The notes under the pieces were generated by a model that ran no database searches, was not told where the DNA came from, and saw only the letters and a list, made by a program, of their open reading frames with translations. From NCBI GenBank assembly GCA_046563655.1, contig JAJCTO010000009.1, forward strand, positions 806,001-870,000: 64,000 nucleotides of DNA, written 5' to 3'. Every line of letters begins with the position of its first letter. The stretch's first letter is position 1. The position numbers and the translations under genes were made by a program. This DNA is from Yuukianura sp. NJ FZ-2021 (Eukaryota). Shown piece after piece: positions 1 to 15,000 of this stretch.

Positions 1-3000
1 TTTGTTATTTTGATTTAAATTGTTAGGAAAGACTTTTTATGTCATACTACCACCTTGCACTTTCAATAAAGCACACCTCAGTAACTGATGTTCAACAATA
101 ATCTGGAATTATATCTTACCCCAACTCCACTATGCAACAAATGCATTAATCTAACCGTCATTTAGGTTTAACTAATGTGTGAACAATACAACGAAATTTT
201 AAACATACTGAAAAATGGAATTTATGCCTTGTTATCGCTTATAACCATCTTCATGGAACGCATCTAATACCGGTCCACTTTGTCGTAGTGCATCAACGAA
301 TATTATACACGGTGAACCACTTGTTGTCAGCCTTCATCTTTGAGCACAAAGGAGAAGTGCCGGTGAAATGACAAGCTCGCCCTCACTACAGATACCAACC
401 AGTACTCATTTTGACACTATGAATCACAATGACTCAGACGGCAACTGAACTTCAGGGGAAATCACATTATTACATTTTCTAAATCAAAATCGAACATTCA
501 GCATTATTTGTTATTTTGATTAAAATTTTTAGGAAATACTTTTTTATGTCATACTACCACCTTGCACTTCCAATAAAGCACACCTGAATAACTGGTGTTC
601 AACAATAATCTGGAATTATATTTTAGCCCAACTCCACCTTGCAACAAGTGCATAAATCTAACTGTCATTTTGGTATAAACTAATGTGGGAACTATACAAC
701 GAAGTTTTAAACATACTGAAAAATGGAATTTATGCCTTGTTATCGCTTATAACCATCTTCATGGAACGCATCTAATACCGGTCCACTTTGTCGTAGTGCA
801 TCAACGACTATTACACACGTTGAACCACTTGTTGTCAGCCTTCATCTTTGAGCTCAAAGGAGAAGTGCCGGTGAAATGACAAGCTCGCCCTCACTACAAA
901 TACCAACCAGTACTCATTTTGACACCATGATACACAATGACTCCGACGGCAATGGAACTTCAGGGGATCCCATTATTACATTTTCAAAATCAAAATCGAA
1001 CATTCCGCATTATTTGTTATTTTGATTAAAATTTTTAGGAAATACTTTTTTATGTCATACTACCACCTTGCACTTCCTACAAAACACACCTGAATAACTG
1101 GTGTTCAACAATAATCTGGAATTATATTTTAGCCCAACTCCACTATGCAACAAGTGCATAAATCTAACTGTCATTTTGGTATAAACTAATGTAGGAACTA
1201 TACAACGAAGTTTTAAACATACTGAAAAATGGAATTTATGCCTTGTTATCGCTTATAACCATCTTCATGGAACGCATCTAATACCGGTCCACTTTGTCGT
1301 AGTGCATCAACGACTATTACACACGGTGAACCACTTGTTGTCAGCCTTCATCTTTGAGCTCAAAGGAGAAGTGCCGGTGAAATGACAAGCTCGCCCTCAC
1401 TACAAATACCAACCAGTACTCATTTTGACACCATGAATCACAATGACTCAGACGGCAACTGAACTTCAGGGGAAATCCCATTATTACATTTTCTAAATCA
1501 AAATCGAACATTCAGCATTATTTGTTATTTTGATTAAAATTTTTAGGAAATACTTTTTTATGTCATACTACCACCTTGCACTTCCAATAAAGCACACCTG
1601 AATAACTGGTGTTCAACAATAATCTGGAATTATATTTTAGCCCAACTCCACTATGCAACAAGTGCATAAATCTAACTGTCATTTTGGTATAAACTAATGT
1701 GGGAACTATACAACGAAGTTTTAAACATACTGAAAAATGGAATTTATGCCTTGTTATCGCTTATAACCATCTTCATGGAACGCATCTAATACCGGTCCAC
1801 TTTGTCGTAGTGCATCAACGACTATTACACACGTTGAACCACTTGTTGTCAGCCTTCATCTTTGAGCTCAAAGGAGAAGTGCCGGTGAAATGACAAGCTC
1901 GCCCTCACTACAAATACCAACCAGTACTCATTTTGACACCATGATACACAATGACTCCGACGGCAATGGAACTTCAGGGGATCCCATTATTACATTTTCA
2001 AAATCAAAATCGAACATTCCGCATTATTTGTTATTTTGATTAAAATTTTTAGGAAATACTTTTTTATGTCATACTACCACCTTGCACTTCCTACAAAACA
2101 CACCTGAATAACTGGTGTTCAACAATAATCTGGAATTATATTTTAGCTCAGCTCCACTATGCAACAAGTGCATAAATCTAACTGTCATTTTGGTATAAAC
2201 TAATGTAGGAACTATACAACGAAGTTTTAAACATACTGAAAAATGGAATTTATGCCTTGTTATCGCTTATAACCATCTTCATGGAACGCATCTAATACCG
2301 GTCCACTTTGTCGTAGTGCATCAACGACTATTACACACGGTGAACCACTTGTTGTCAGCCTTCATCTTTGAGCTCAAAGGAGAAGTGCCGGTGAAATGAC
2401 AAGCTCGCCCTCACTACAAATACCAACCAGTACTCATTTTGACACCATGAATCACAATGACTCCGACGGCAATTTAGCTTCAGGGGATCCCATTATTACA
2501 TTTTCTAAATCAAAATCGAACATTCCGCATTATTTGTTATTTTGATTAAAATTGTTAGGAAAGACATTTTTATGTCATACTACCACCTTGCACTTCCAAT
2601 AAAGCACACCTGAATAACTGGTGTTCAACAATAATCTGGAATTATATTTTAGCCCAACTCCACTATGCAACAAGTGCATAAATCTAACCGTCATTTAGGT
2701 TTAACTAATGTGTGAACTATACAACGAAATTTTAAACATACTGAAAAATGGAATTTATGCCTTGTTATCGCTTATAACCATCTTCATGGAACGCATCTAA
2801 TACCGGTCCACTTTGTCGTAGTGCATCAACGACTATTACACACGGTGAACCACTTGTTGTCAGCCTTCATCTTTGAGCTCAAAGGAGAAGTGCCGGTGAA
2901 ATGACAAGCTCGCCCTCACTACAGATACCAACCAGTACTCATTTTGACACTATGAATCACAATGACTCAGACGGCAACTGAACTTCAGGGGAAATCACAT

Positions 3001-6000
3001 TATTACATTTTCTAAATCAAAATCGAACATTCAGCATTATTTGTTATTTTGATTAAAATTTTTAGAAAATACTTTTTTATGTCATACTACCACCTTGCAC
3101 TTCCAATAAAGCACACCTGAATAACTGGTGTTCAACACTAATCTGGAATTATATTTTAGCCCAACTCCACTATGCAACAAGTGCATAAATCTAACTGTCA
3201 TTTTGGTATAAACTAATGTGGGAACTATACAACGAAGTTTTAAACATACTGAAAAATGGAATTTATGCCTTGTTATCGCTTATAACCATCTTCATGGAAC
3301 GCATCTAATACCGGTCCACTTTGTCGTAGTGCATCAACGACTATTACACACGGTGAACCACTTGTTGTCAGCCTTCATCTTTGAGCACAAAGGAGAAGTG
3401 CCGGTGAAATGACAAGCTCGCCCTCACTACAGATACCAACCAGTACTCATTTTGACACTATGAATCACAATGACTCAGACGGCAACTGAACTTCAGGGGA
3501 AATCCCATTATTACATTTTCTAAATCAAAATCGAACATTCCGCATTATTTGTTATTTTGATTAAAATTGTTAGGAAAGACTTTTTATGTCATACTACCAC
3601 CTTGCACTTTCAATAAAGCACACCTCAGTAACTGATGTTCAACAATAATCTGGAATTATATTTTAGCCCAACTCCACTATGCAACAAATGCATTAATCTA
3701 ACCGTCATTTAGGTTTAAACTAATGTGTGAACAATACAACGAAATTTTAAACATACTGAAAAATGGAATTTATGCCTTGTTATCGCTTATAACCATCTTC
3801 ATGGAACGCATCTAATACCGGTCCACTTTGTCGTAGTGCATCAACGACTATTACACACGGTGAACCACTTGTTGTCAGCCTTCATCTTTGAGCACAAAGG
3901 AGAAGTGCCGGTGAAATGACAAGCTCGCCCTCACTACAGATACCAACCAGTACTCATTTTGACACTATGAATCACAATGACTCAGACGGCAACTGAACTT
4001 CAGGGGAAATCACATTATTACATTTTCTAAATCAAAATCGAACATTCCGCAGTTTTTGTTATTTTGATAAAAATTGTTAGGAAAGACTTTTTATGTCATA
4101 CTACCACCTTGCACTTTCAATAAAGCACACCTCAGTAACTGATGTTCAACAATAATCTGGAATTATATTTTAGCCCAACTCCACTATGCAACAAGTGCAT
4201 TAAATCTAACCGTCATTTAGGTTTAAACTAATGTGTGAACGATACAACGAAGTTTTAAACATACTGAAAAATGGAATTTATGCCTTGTTATCGCTTATAA
4301 CCATCTTCATGGAACGCATCTAATACCGGTCCACTTTGTCGTAGTGCATCAACGACTATTACACACGTTGAACCACTTGTTGTCAGCCTTCATCTTTGAG
4401 CTCAAAGGAGAAGTGCCGGTGAAATGACAAGCTCGCCCTCACTACAAATACCAACCAGTACTCATTTTGACACCATGATACACAATGACTCCGACGGCAA
4501 TGGAACTTCAGGGGAATCCCATTATTACATTTTCAAAATCAAAATCGAACATTCCGCATTATTTGTTATTTTGATTAAAATTTTTAGGAAATACTTTTTT
4601 ATGTCATACTACCACCTTGCACTTCCTACAAAACACACCTGAATAACTGGTGTTCAACAATAATCTGGAATTATATTTTAGCCCAACTCCACTATGCAAC
4701 AAGTGCATAAATCTAACTGTCATTTTGGTATAAACTAATGTAGGAACTATACAACGAAGTTTTAAACATACTGAAAAATGGAATTTATGCCTTGTTATCG
4801 CTTATAACCATCTTCATGGAACGCATCTAATACCGGTCCACTTTGTCGTAGTGCATCAACGACTATTACACACGGTGAACCACTTGTTGTCAGCCTTCAT
4901 CTTTGAGCTCAAAGGAGAAGTGCCGGTGAAATGACAAGCTCGCCCTCACTACAAATACCAACCAGTACTCATTTTGACACCATGAATCACAATGACTCCG
5001 ACGGCAATTTAGCTTCAGGGGATCCCATTATTACATTTTCTAAATCAAAATCGAACATTCCGCATTATTTGTTATTTTGATTAAAATTGTTAGGAAAGAC
5101 ATTTTTATGTCATACTACCACCTTGCACTTCTAATAAAGCACACCTGAATAACTGGTGTTCAACAATAATCTGGAATTATATTTTAGCCCAACTCCACAT
5201 TGCAACAAGTGCATAAATCTAACCGTCATTTAGGTTTAACTGTGTGAACTATACAACGAAATTTTAAACATACTGAAAAATGGAATTTATGCCTTGTTAT
5301 CGCTTATAACCATCTTCATGGAACGCATCTAATACCGGTCCACTTTGTCGTAGTGCATCAACGACTATTACACACGGTGAACCACTTGTTGTCAGCCTTC
5401 ATCTTTGAGCTCAAAGGAGAAGTGCCGGTGAAATGACAAGCTCGCCCTCACTACAGATACCAACCAGTACTCATTTTGACACTATGAATCACAATGACTC
5501 AGACGGCAACTGAACTTCAGGGGAAATCACATTATTACATTTTCTAAATCAAAATCGAACATTCAGCATTATTTGTTATTTTGATTAAAATTTTTAGAAA
5601 ATACTTTTTTATGTCATACTACCACCTTGCACTTCCAATAAAGCACACCTGAATAACTGGTGTTCAACACTAATCTGGAATTATATTTTAGCCCAACTCC
5701 ACTATGCAACAAGTGCATAAATCTAACTGTCATTTTGGTATAAACTAATGTGGGAACTATACAACGAAGTTTTAAACATACCGAAAAATGGAATTTATGC
5801 CTTGTTATCGCTTATAACCATCTTCATGGAACGCATCTAATACCGGTCCACTTTGTCGTAGTGCATCAACGACTATTACACACGGTGAACCACTTGTTGT
5901 CAGCCTTCATCTTTGAGCACAAAGGAGAAGTGCCGGTGAAATGACAAGCTCGCCCTCACTACAGATACCAACCAGTACTCATTTTGACACTATGAATCAC

Positions 6001-9000
6001 AATGACTCAGACGGCAACTGAACTTCAGGGGAAATCCCATTATTACATTTTCTAAATCAAAATCGAACATTCCGCATTATTTGTTATTTTGATTAAAATT
6101 GTTAGGAAAGACTTTTTATGTCATACTACCACCTTGCACTTTCAATAAAGCACACCTCAGTAACTGATGTTCAACAATAATCTGGAATTATATTTTAGCC
6201 CAACTCCACTATGCAACAAATGCATTAATAACCGTCATTTAGGTTTAACTAATGTGTGAACAATACAACGAAATTTTAAACATACTGAAAAATGGAATTT
6301 ATGCCTTGTTATCGCTTATAACCATCTTCATGGAACGCATCTAATACCGGTCCACTTTGTCGTAGTGCATCAACGACTATTACACACGGTGAACCACTTG
6401 TTGTCAGCCTTCATCTTTGAGCACAAAGGAGAAGTGCCGGTGAAATGACAAGCTCGCCCTCACTACAGATACCAACCAGTACTCATTTTGACACTATGAA
6501 TCACAATGACTCAGACGGCAACTGAACTTCAGGGGAAATCCCATTATTACATTTTCTAAATCAAAATCGAACATTCCGCATTATTTGTTATTTTGATTAA
6601 AATTGTTAGGAAAGACTTTTTATGTCATACTACCACCTTGCACTTTCAATAAAGCACACCTCAGTAACTGATGTTCAACAATAATCTGGAATTATATTTT
6701 AGCCCAACTCCACTATGCAACAAATGCATTAATCTAACCGTCATTTAGGTTTAACTAATGTGTGAACAATACAACGAAATTTTAAACATACTGAAAAATG
6801 GAATTTATGCCTTGTTATCGCTTATAACCATCTTCATGGAACGCATCTAATACCGGTCCACTTTGTCGTAGTGCATCAACGACTATTACACACGGTGAAC
6901 CACTTGTTGTCAGCCTTCATCTTTGAGCACAAAGGAGAAGTGCCGGTGAAATGACAAGCTCGCCCTCACTACAGATACCAACCAGTACTCATTTTGACAC
7001 TATGAATCACAATGACTCAGACGGCAACTGAACTTCAGGGGAAATCACATTATTACATTTTCTAAATCAAAATCGAACATTCCGCATTATTTGTTATTTT
7101 GATTAAAATTGTTAGGAAAGACTTTTTATGTCATACTACCACCTTGCACTTTCCAATAAAGCACACCTCAGTAACTGATGTTCAACAATAATCTGGAATT
7201 ATATTTTACCCCAACTCCACTATGCAACAAATGCATTAATCTAACCGTCATTTAGGTTTAACTAATGTGTGAACAATACAACGAAATTTTAAACATACTG
7301 AAAAATGGAATTTATGCCTTGTTATCGCTTATAACCATCTTCATGGAACGCATCTAATACCGGTCCACTTTGTCGTAGTGCATCAACGACTATTACACAC
7401 GGTGAACCACTTGTTGTCAGCCTTCATCTTTGAGCACAAAGGAGAAGTGCCGGTGAAATGACAAGCTCGCCCTCACTACAGATACCAACCAGTACTCATT
7501 TTGACACTATGAATCACAATGACTCAGACGGCAACTGAACTTCAGGGGAAATCACATTATTACATTTTCTAAATCAAAATCGAACATTCCGCATTATTTG
7601 TTATTTTGATTTAAATTGTTAGGAAAGACTTTTTATGTCATACTACCACCTTGCACTTTCAATAAAGCACACCTCAGTAACTGATGTTCAACAATAATCT
7701 GGAATTATATTTTACCCCAACTCCACTATGCAACAAATGCATTAATCTAACCGTCATTTAGGTTTAACTAATGTGTGAACAATACAACGAAATTTTAAAC
7801 ATACTGAAAAATGGAATTTATGCCTTGTTATCGCTTATAACCATCTTCATGGAACGCATCTAATACCGGTCCACTTTGTCGTAGTGCATCAACGACTATT
7901 ATACACGGTGAACCACTTGTTGTCAGCCTTCATCTTTGAGCACAAAGGAGAAGTGCCGGTGAAATGACAAGCTCGCCCTCACTACAGATACCAACCAGTA
8001 CTCATTTTGACACTATGAATCACAATGACTCAGACGGCAACTGAACTTCAGGGGAAATCACATTATTACATTTTCTAAATCAAAATCGAACATTCAGCAT
8101 TATTTGTTATTTTGATTAAAATTTTTAGGAAATACTTTTTTATGTCATACTACCACCTTGCACTTCCAATAAAGCACACCTGAATAACTGGTGTTCAACA
8201 ATAATCTGGAATTATATTTTAGCCCAACTCCACCTTGCAACAAGTGCATAAATCTAACTGTCATTTTGGTATAAACTAATGTGGGAACTATACAACGAAG
8301 TTTTAAACATACTGAAAAATGGAATTTATGCCTTGTTATCGCTTATAACCATCTTCATGGAACGCATCTAATACCGGTCCACTTTGTCGTAGTGCATCAA
8401 CGACTATTACACACGTTGAACCACTTGTTGTCAGCCTTCATCTTTGAGCTCAAAGGAGAAGTGCCGGTGAAATGACAAGCTCGCCCTCACTACAAATACC
8501 AACCAGTACTCATTTTGACACCATGATACACAATGACTCCGACGGCAATGGAACTTCAGGGGATCCCATTATTACATTTTCTAAATCAAAATCGAACATT
8601 CCGCATTATTTGTTATTTTGATTAAAATTTTTAGGAAATACTTTTTTATGTCATACTACCACCTTGCACTTCCTACAAAACACACCTGAATAACTGGTGT
8701 TCAACAATAATCTGGAATTATATTTTAGCTCAACTCCACTATGCAACAAGTGCATAAATCTAACTGTCATTTTGGTATAAACTAATGTGGGAACTATACA
8801 ACGAAGTTTTAAACATACTGAAAAATGGAATTTATGCCTTGTTATCGCTTATAACCATCTTCATGGAACGCATCTAATACCGGTCCACTTTGTCGTAGTG
8901 CATCAACGACTATTACACACGGTGAACCACTTGTTGTCAGCCTTCATCTTTGAGCTCAAAGGAGAAGTGCCGGTGAAATGACAAGCTCGCCCTCACTACA

Positions 9001-12000
9001 AATACCAACCAGTACTCATTTTGACACCATGAATCACAATGACTCCGACGGCAATTTAGCTTCAGGGGATCCCATTATTACATTTTCTAAATCAAAATCG
9101 AACATTCCGCATTATTTGTTATTTTGATTAAAATTGTTAGGAAAGACTTTTTTATGTCATACTACCACCTTGCACTTCCAATAAAGCACACCTGAATAAC
9201 TGGTGTTCAACAATAATCTGGAATTATATTTTAGCCCAACTCCACTATGCAACAAGTGCATAAATCTAACTTTCATTAGGTTTAAACTAATGTGTGAACT
9301 ATACAACGAAATTTTAAACATACTGAAAAATGGAATTTATGCCTTGTTATCGCTTATAACCATCTTCATGGAACGCATCTAATACCGGTCCACTTTGTCG
9401 TAGTGCATCAACGACTATTACACACGGTGAACCACTTGTTGTCAGCCTTCATCTTTGAGCTCAAAGGAGAAGTGCCGGTGAAATGACAAGCTCGCCCTCA
9501 CTACAGATACCAACCAGTACTCATTTTGACACTATGAATCACAATGACTCAGACGGCAACTGAACTTCAGGGGAAATCCCATTATTACATTTTCTAAATC
9601 AAAATCGAACATTCCGCATTATTTGTTATTTTGATTAAAATTGTTAGGAAAGACTTTTTATGTCATACTACCACCTTGCACTTTCAATAAAGCACACCTC
9701 AGTAACTGATGTTCAACAATAATCTGGAATTATATTTTACCCCAACTCCACTATGCAACAAATGCATTAATCTAACCGTCATTTAGGTATAAACTAATGT
9801 GTGAACAATACAACGAAATTTTAAACATACTGAAAAATGGAATTTATGCCTTGTTATCGCTTATAACCATCTTCATGGAACGCATCTAATACCGGTCCAC
9901 TTTGTCGTAGTGCATCAACGACTATTACACACGGTGAACCACTTGTTGTCAGCCTTCATCTTTGAGCACAAAGGAGAAGTGCCGGTGAAATGACAAGCTC
10001 GCCCTCACTACAGATACCAACCAGTACTCATTTTGACACTATGAATCACAATGACTCAGACGGCAACTGAACTTCAGGGGAATCCCATTATTACATTTTC
10101 TAAATCAAAATCGAACATTCCGCATTATTTGTTATTTTGATTTAAATTGTTAGGAAAGACTTTTTATGTCATACTACCACCTTGCACTTTCAATAAAGCA
10201 CACCTCAGTAACTGATGTTCAACAATAATCTGGAATTATATTTTACCCCAACTCCACTATGCAACAAATGCATTAATCTAACCGTCATTTAGGTTTAACT
10301 AATGTGTGAACAATACAACGAAATTTTAAACATACTGAAAAATGGAATTTATGCCTTGTTATCGCTTATAACCATCTTCATGGAACGCATCTAATACCGG
10401 TCCACTTTGTCGTAGTGCATCAACGACTATTACACACGGTGAACCACTTGTTGTCAGCCTTCATCTTTGAGCACAAAGGAGAAGTGCCGGTGAAATGACA
10501 AGCTCGCCCTCACTACAGATACCAACCAGTACTCATTTTGACACTATGAATCACAATGACTCAGACGGCAACTGAACTTCAGGGGAAATCACATTATTAC
10601 ATTTTCTAAATCAAAATCGAACATTCCGCAGTTTTTGTTATTTTGATTTAAATTGTTAGGAAAGACTTTTTATGTCATACTACCACCTTGCACTTCCAAT
10701 AAAGCACACCTGAATAACTGGTGTTCAACAATAATCTGGAATTATATTTTAGCCCAACTCCACTATGCAACAAGTGCATAAATCTAACTGTCATTTTGGT
10801 ATAAACTAATGTGGGAACTATACAACGAAGTTTTAAACATACTGAAAAATGGAATTTATGCCTTGTTATCGCTTATAACCATCTTCATGGAACGCATCTA
10901 ATACCGGTCCACTTTGTCGTAGTGCATCAACGACTATTACACACGTTGAACCACTTGTTGTCAGCCTTCATCTTTGAGCTCAAAGGAGAAGTGCCGGTGA
11001 AATGACAAGCTCGCCCTCACTACAAATACCAACCAGTACTCATTTTGACACCATGATACACAATGACTCCGACGGCAATGGAACTTCAGGGGATCCCATT
11101 ATTACATTTTCTAAATCAAAATCGAACATTCCGCAGTTTTTGTTATTTTGATTTAAATTGTTAGGAAAGACTTTTTATGTCATACTACCACCTTGCACTT
11201 TCAATAAAGCACACCTCAGTAACTGATGTTCAACAATAATCTGGAATTATATTTTACCCCAACTCCACTATGCAACAAATGCATTAAATCTAACCGTCAT
11301 TTAGGTTTAACTAATGTGTGAACAATACAACGAAATTTTAAACATACTGAAAAATGGAATTTATGCCTTGTTATCGCTTATAACCATCTTCATGGAACGC
11401 ATCTAATACCGGTCCACTTTGTCGTAGTGCATCAACGACTATTACACACGGTGAACCACTTGTTGTCAGCCTTCATCTTTGAGCACAAAGGAGAAGTGCC
11501 GGTGAAATGACAAGCTCGCCCTCACTACAGATACCAACCAGTACTCATTTTGACACTATGAATCACAATGACTCAGACGGCAACTGAACTTCAGGGGAAA
11601 TCACATTATTACATTTTCTAAATCAAAATCGAACATTCCGCAGTTTTTGTTATTTTGATTTAAATTGTTAGGAAAGACTTTTTATGTCATACTACCACCT
11701 TGCACTTTCAATAAAGCACACCTCAGTAACTGATGTTCAACAATAATCTGGAATTATATTTTACCCCAACTCCACTATGCAACAAATGCATTAATCTAAC
11801 CGTCATTTAGGTTTAACTAATGTGTGAACAATACAACGAAATTTTAAACATACTGAAAAATGGAATTTATGCCTTGTTATCGCTTATAACCATCTTCATG
11901 GAACGCATCTAATACCGGTCCACTTTGTCGTAGTGCATCAACGAATATTATACACGGTGAACCACTTGTTGTCAGCCTTCATCTTTGAGCACAAAGGAGA

Positions 12001-15000
12001 AGTGCCGGTGAAATGACAAGCTCGCCCTCACTACAGATACCAACCAGTACTCATTTTGACACTATGAATCACAATGACTCAGACGGCAACTGAACTTCAG
12101 GGGAAATCACATTATTACATTTTCTAAATCAAAATCGAACATTCCGCAGTTTTTGTTATTTTGATTTAAATTGTTAGGAAAGACTTTTTATGTCATACTA
12201 CCACCTTGCACTTCCAATAAAGCACACCTGAATAACTGGTGTTCAACAATAATCTGGAATTATATTTTAGCCCAACTCCACCTTGCAACAAGTGCATAAA
12301 TCTAACTGTCATTTTGGTATAAACTAATGTGGGAACTATACAACGAAGTTTTAAACATACTGAAAAATGGAATTTATGCCTTGTTATCGCTTATAACCAT
12401 CTTCATGGAACGCATCTAATACCGGTCCACTTTGTCGTAGTGCATCAACGACTATTACACACGTTGAACCACTTGTTGTCAGCCTTCATCTTTGAGCTCA
12501 AAGGAGAAGTGCCGGTGAAATGACAAGCTCGCCCTCACTACAAATACCAACCAGTACTCATTTTGACACCATGATACACAATGACTCCGACGGCAATGGA
12601 ACTTCAGGGGATCCCATTATTACATTTTCTAAATCAAAATCGAACATTCCGCAGTTTTTGTTATTTTGATTTAAAATTGTTAGGAAAGACTTTTTATGTC
12701 ATACTACCACCTTGCACTTTCAATAAAGCACACCTCAGTAACTGATGTTCAACAATAATCTGGAATTATATTTTACCCCAACTCCACTATGCAACAAATG
12801 CATTAATCTAACCGTCATTTAGGTTTAACTAATGTGTGAACAATACAACGAAATTTTAAACATACTGAAAAATGGAATTTATGCCTTGTTATCGCTTATA
12901 ACCATCTTCATGGAACGCATCTAATACCGGTCCACTTTGTCGTAGTGCATCAACGACTATTACACACGGTGAACCACTTGTTGTCAGCCTTCATCTTTGC
13001 GCACAAAGGAGAAGTGCCGGTGAAATGACAAGCTCGCCCTCACTACAGATACCAACCAGTACTCATTTGGACACTATGAATCACAATGACTCAGACGGCA
13101 ACTGAACTTCAGGGGAAATCACATTATTACATTTTCTAAATCAAAATCGAACATTCCGCAGTTTTTGTTATTTTGATAAAAATTGTTAGGAAAGACTTTT
13201 TATGTCATACTACCACCTTGCACTTTCAATAAAGCACACCTCAGTAACTGATGTTCAACAATAATCTGGAATTATATTTTACCCCAACTCCACTATGCAA
13301 CAAATGCATTAATCTAACCGTCATTTAGGTTTAACTAATGTGTGAACAATACAACGAAATTTTAAACATACTGAAAAATGGAATTTATGCCTTGTTATCG
13401 CTTATAACCATCTTCATGGAACGCATCTAATACCGGTCCACTTTGTCGTAGTGCATCAACGACTATTACACACGGTGAACCACTTGTTGTCAGCCTTCAT
13501 CTTTGAGCACAAAGGAGAAGTGCCGGTGAAATGACAAGCTCGCCCTCACTACAAATACCAACCAGTACTCATTTTGACACCATGATACACAATGACTCCG
13601 ACGGCAATGGAACTTCAGGGGATCCCATTATTACATTTTCTAAATCAAAATCGAACATTCCGCATTATTTGTTATTTTGATTAAAATTTTTAGGAAATAC
13701 TTTTTTATGTCATACTACCACCTTGCACTTCCTACAAAACACACCTGAATAACTGGTGTTCAACAATAATCTGGAATTATATTTTAGCTCAACTCCACTA
13801 TGCAACAAGTGCATAAATCTAACTGTCATTTTGGTATAAACTAATGTAGGAACTATACAACGAAGTTTTAAACATACTGAAAAATGGAATTTATGCCTTG
13901 TTATCGCTTATAACCATCTTCATGGAACGCATCTAATACCGGTCCACTTTGTCGTAGTGCATCAACGACTATTACACACGTTGAACCACTTGTTGTCAGC
14001 CTTCATCTTTGAGCTCAAAGGAGAAGTGCCGGTGAAATGACAAGCTCGCCCTCACTACAAATACCAACCAGTACTCATTTTGACACCATGATACACAATG
14101 ACTCCGACGGCAATGGAACTTCAGGGGATCCCATTATTACATTTTCTAAATCAAAATCGAACATTCCGCATTATTTGTTATTTTGATTAAAATTTTTAGG
14201 AAATACTTTTTTATGTCATACTACCACCTTGCACTTCCTACAAAACACACCTGAATAACTGGTGTTCAACAATAATCTGGAATTATATTTTAGCTCAGCT
14301 CCACTATGCAACAAGTGCATAAATCTAACTGTCATTTTGGTATAAACTAATGTAGGAACTATACAACGAAGTTTTAAACATACTCAAAAATGGAATTTAT
14401 GCCTTGTTATCGCTTATAACCATGTTCATGAAACGCATCTAGTACCGGTCCACTTTGTCGTAGTGCATCAACGACTATTACACACGGTGAACCACTTGTT
14501 GTCAGCCTTCATCTTTGAGCTCAAAGGAGAAGTGCCGGTGAAATGACAAGCTCGCCCTCACTACAAATACCAACCAGTACTCATTTTGACACCATGAATC
14601 ACAATGACTCCGACGGCAATTTAACTTCAGGAGATCCCATTATTACATTTTCTAAATCAAAATCGAACATTCCGCATTATTTGTTATTTTGATTAAAATT
14701 TTTAGGAAATACTTTTTTATGTCATACTACCACCTTGCACTTCCAATAAAGCACACCTGAGTAACTGGTGTTCAACAATTATCTGGAATTATATTTTAGC
14801 CCAACTCCACTATGCAACAAGTGCATAAATCTAACCGTCATTTAGGTTTAACTAATGTGTGAACTATACAACGAAATTTTAAACATACTGAAAAATGGAA
14901 TTTATGCCTTGTTATCGCTTATAACCATCTTCATGGAACGCATCTAATACCGGTCCACTTTGTCGTAGTGCATCAACGACTATTACACACGGTGAACCAC

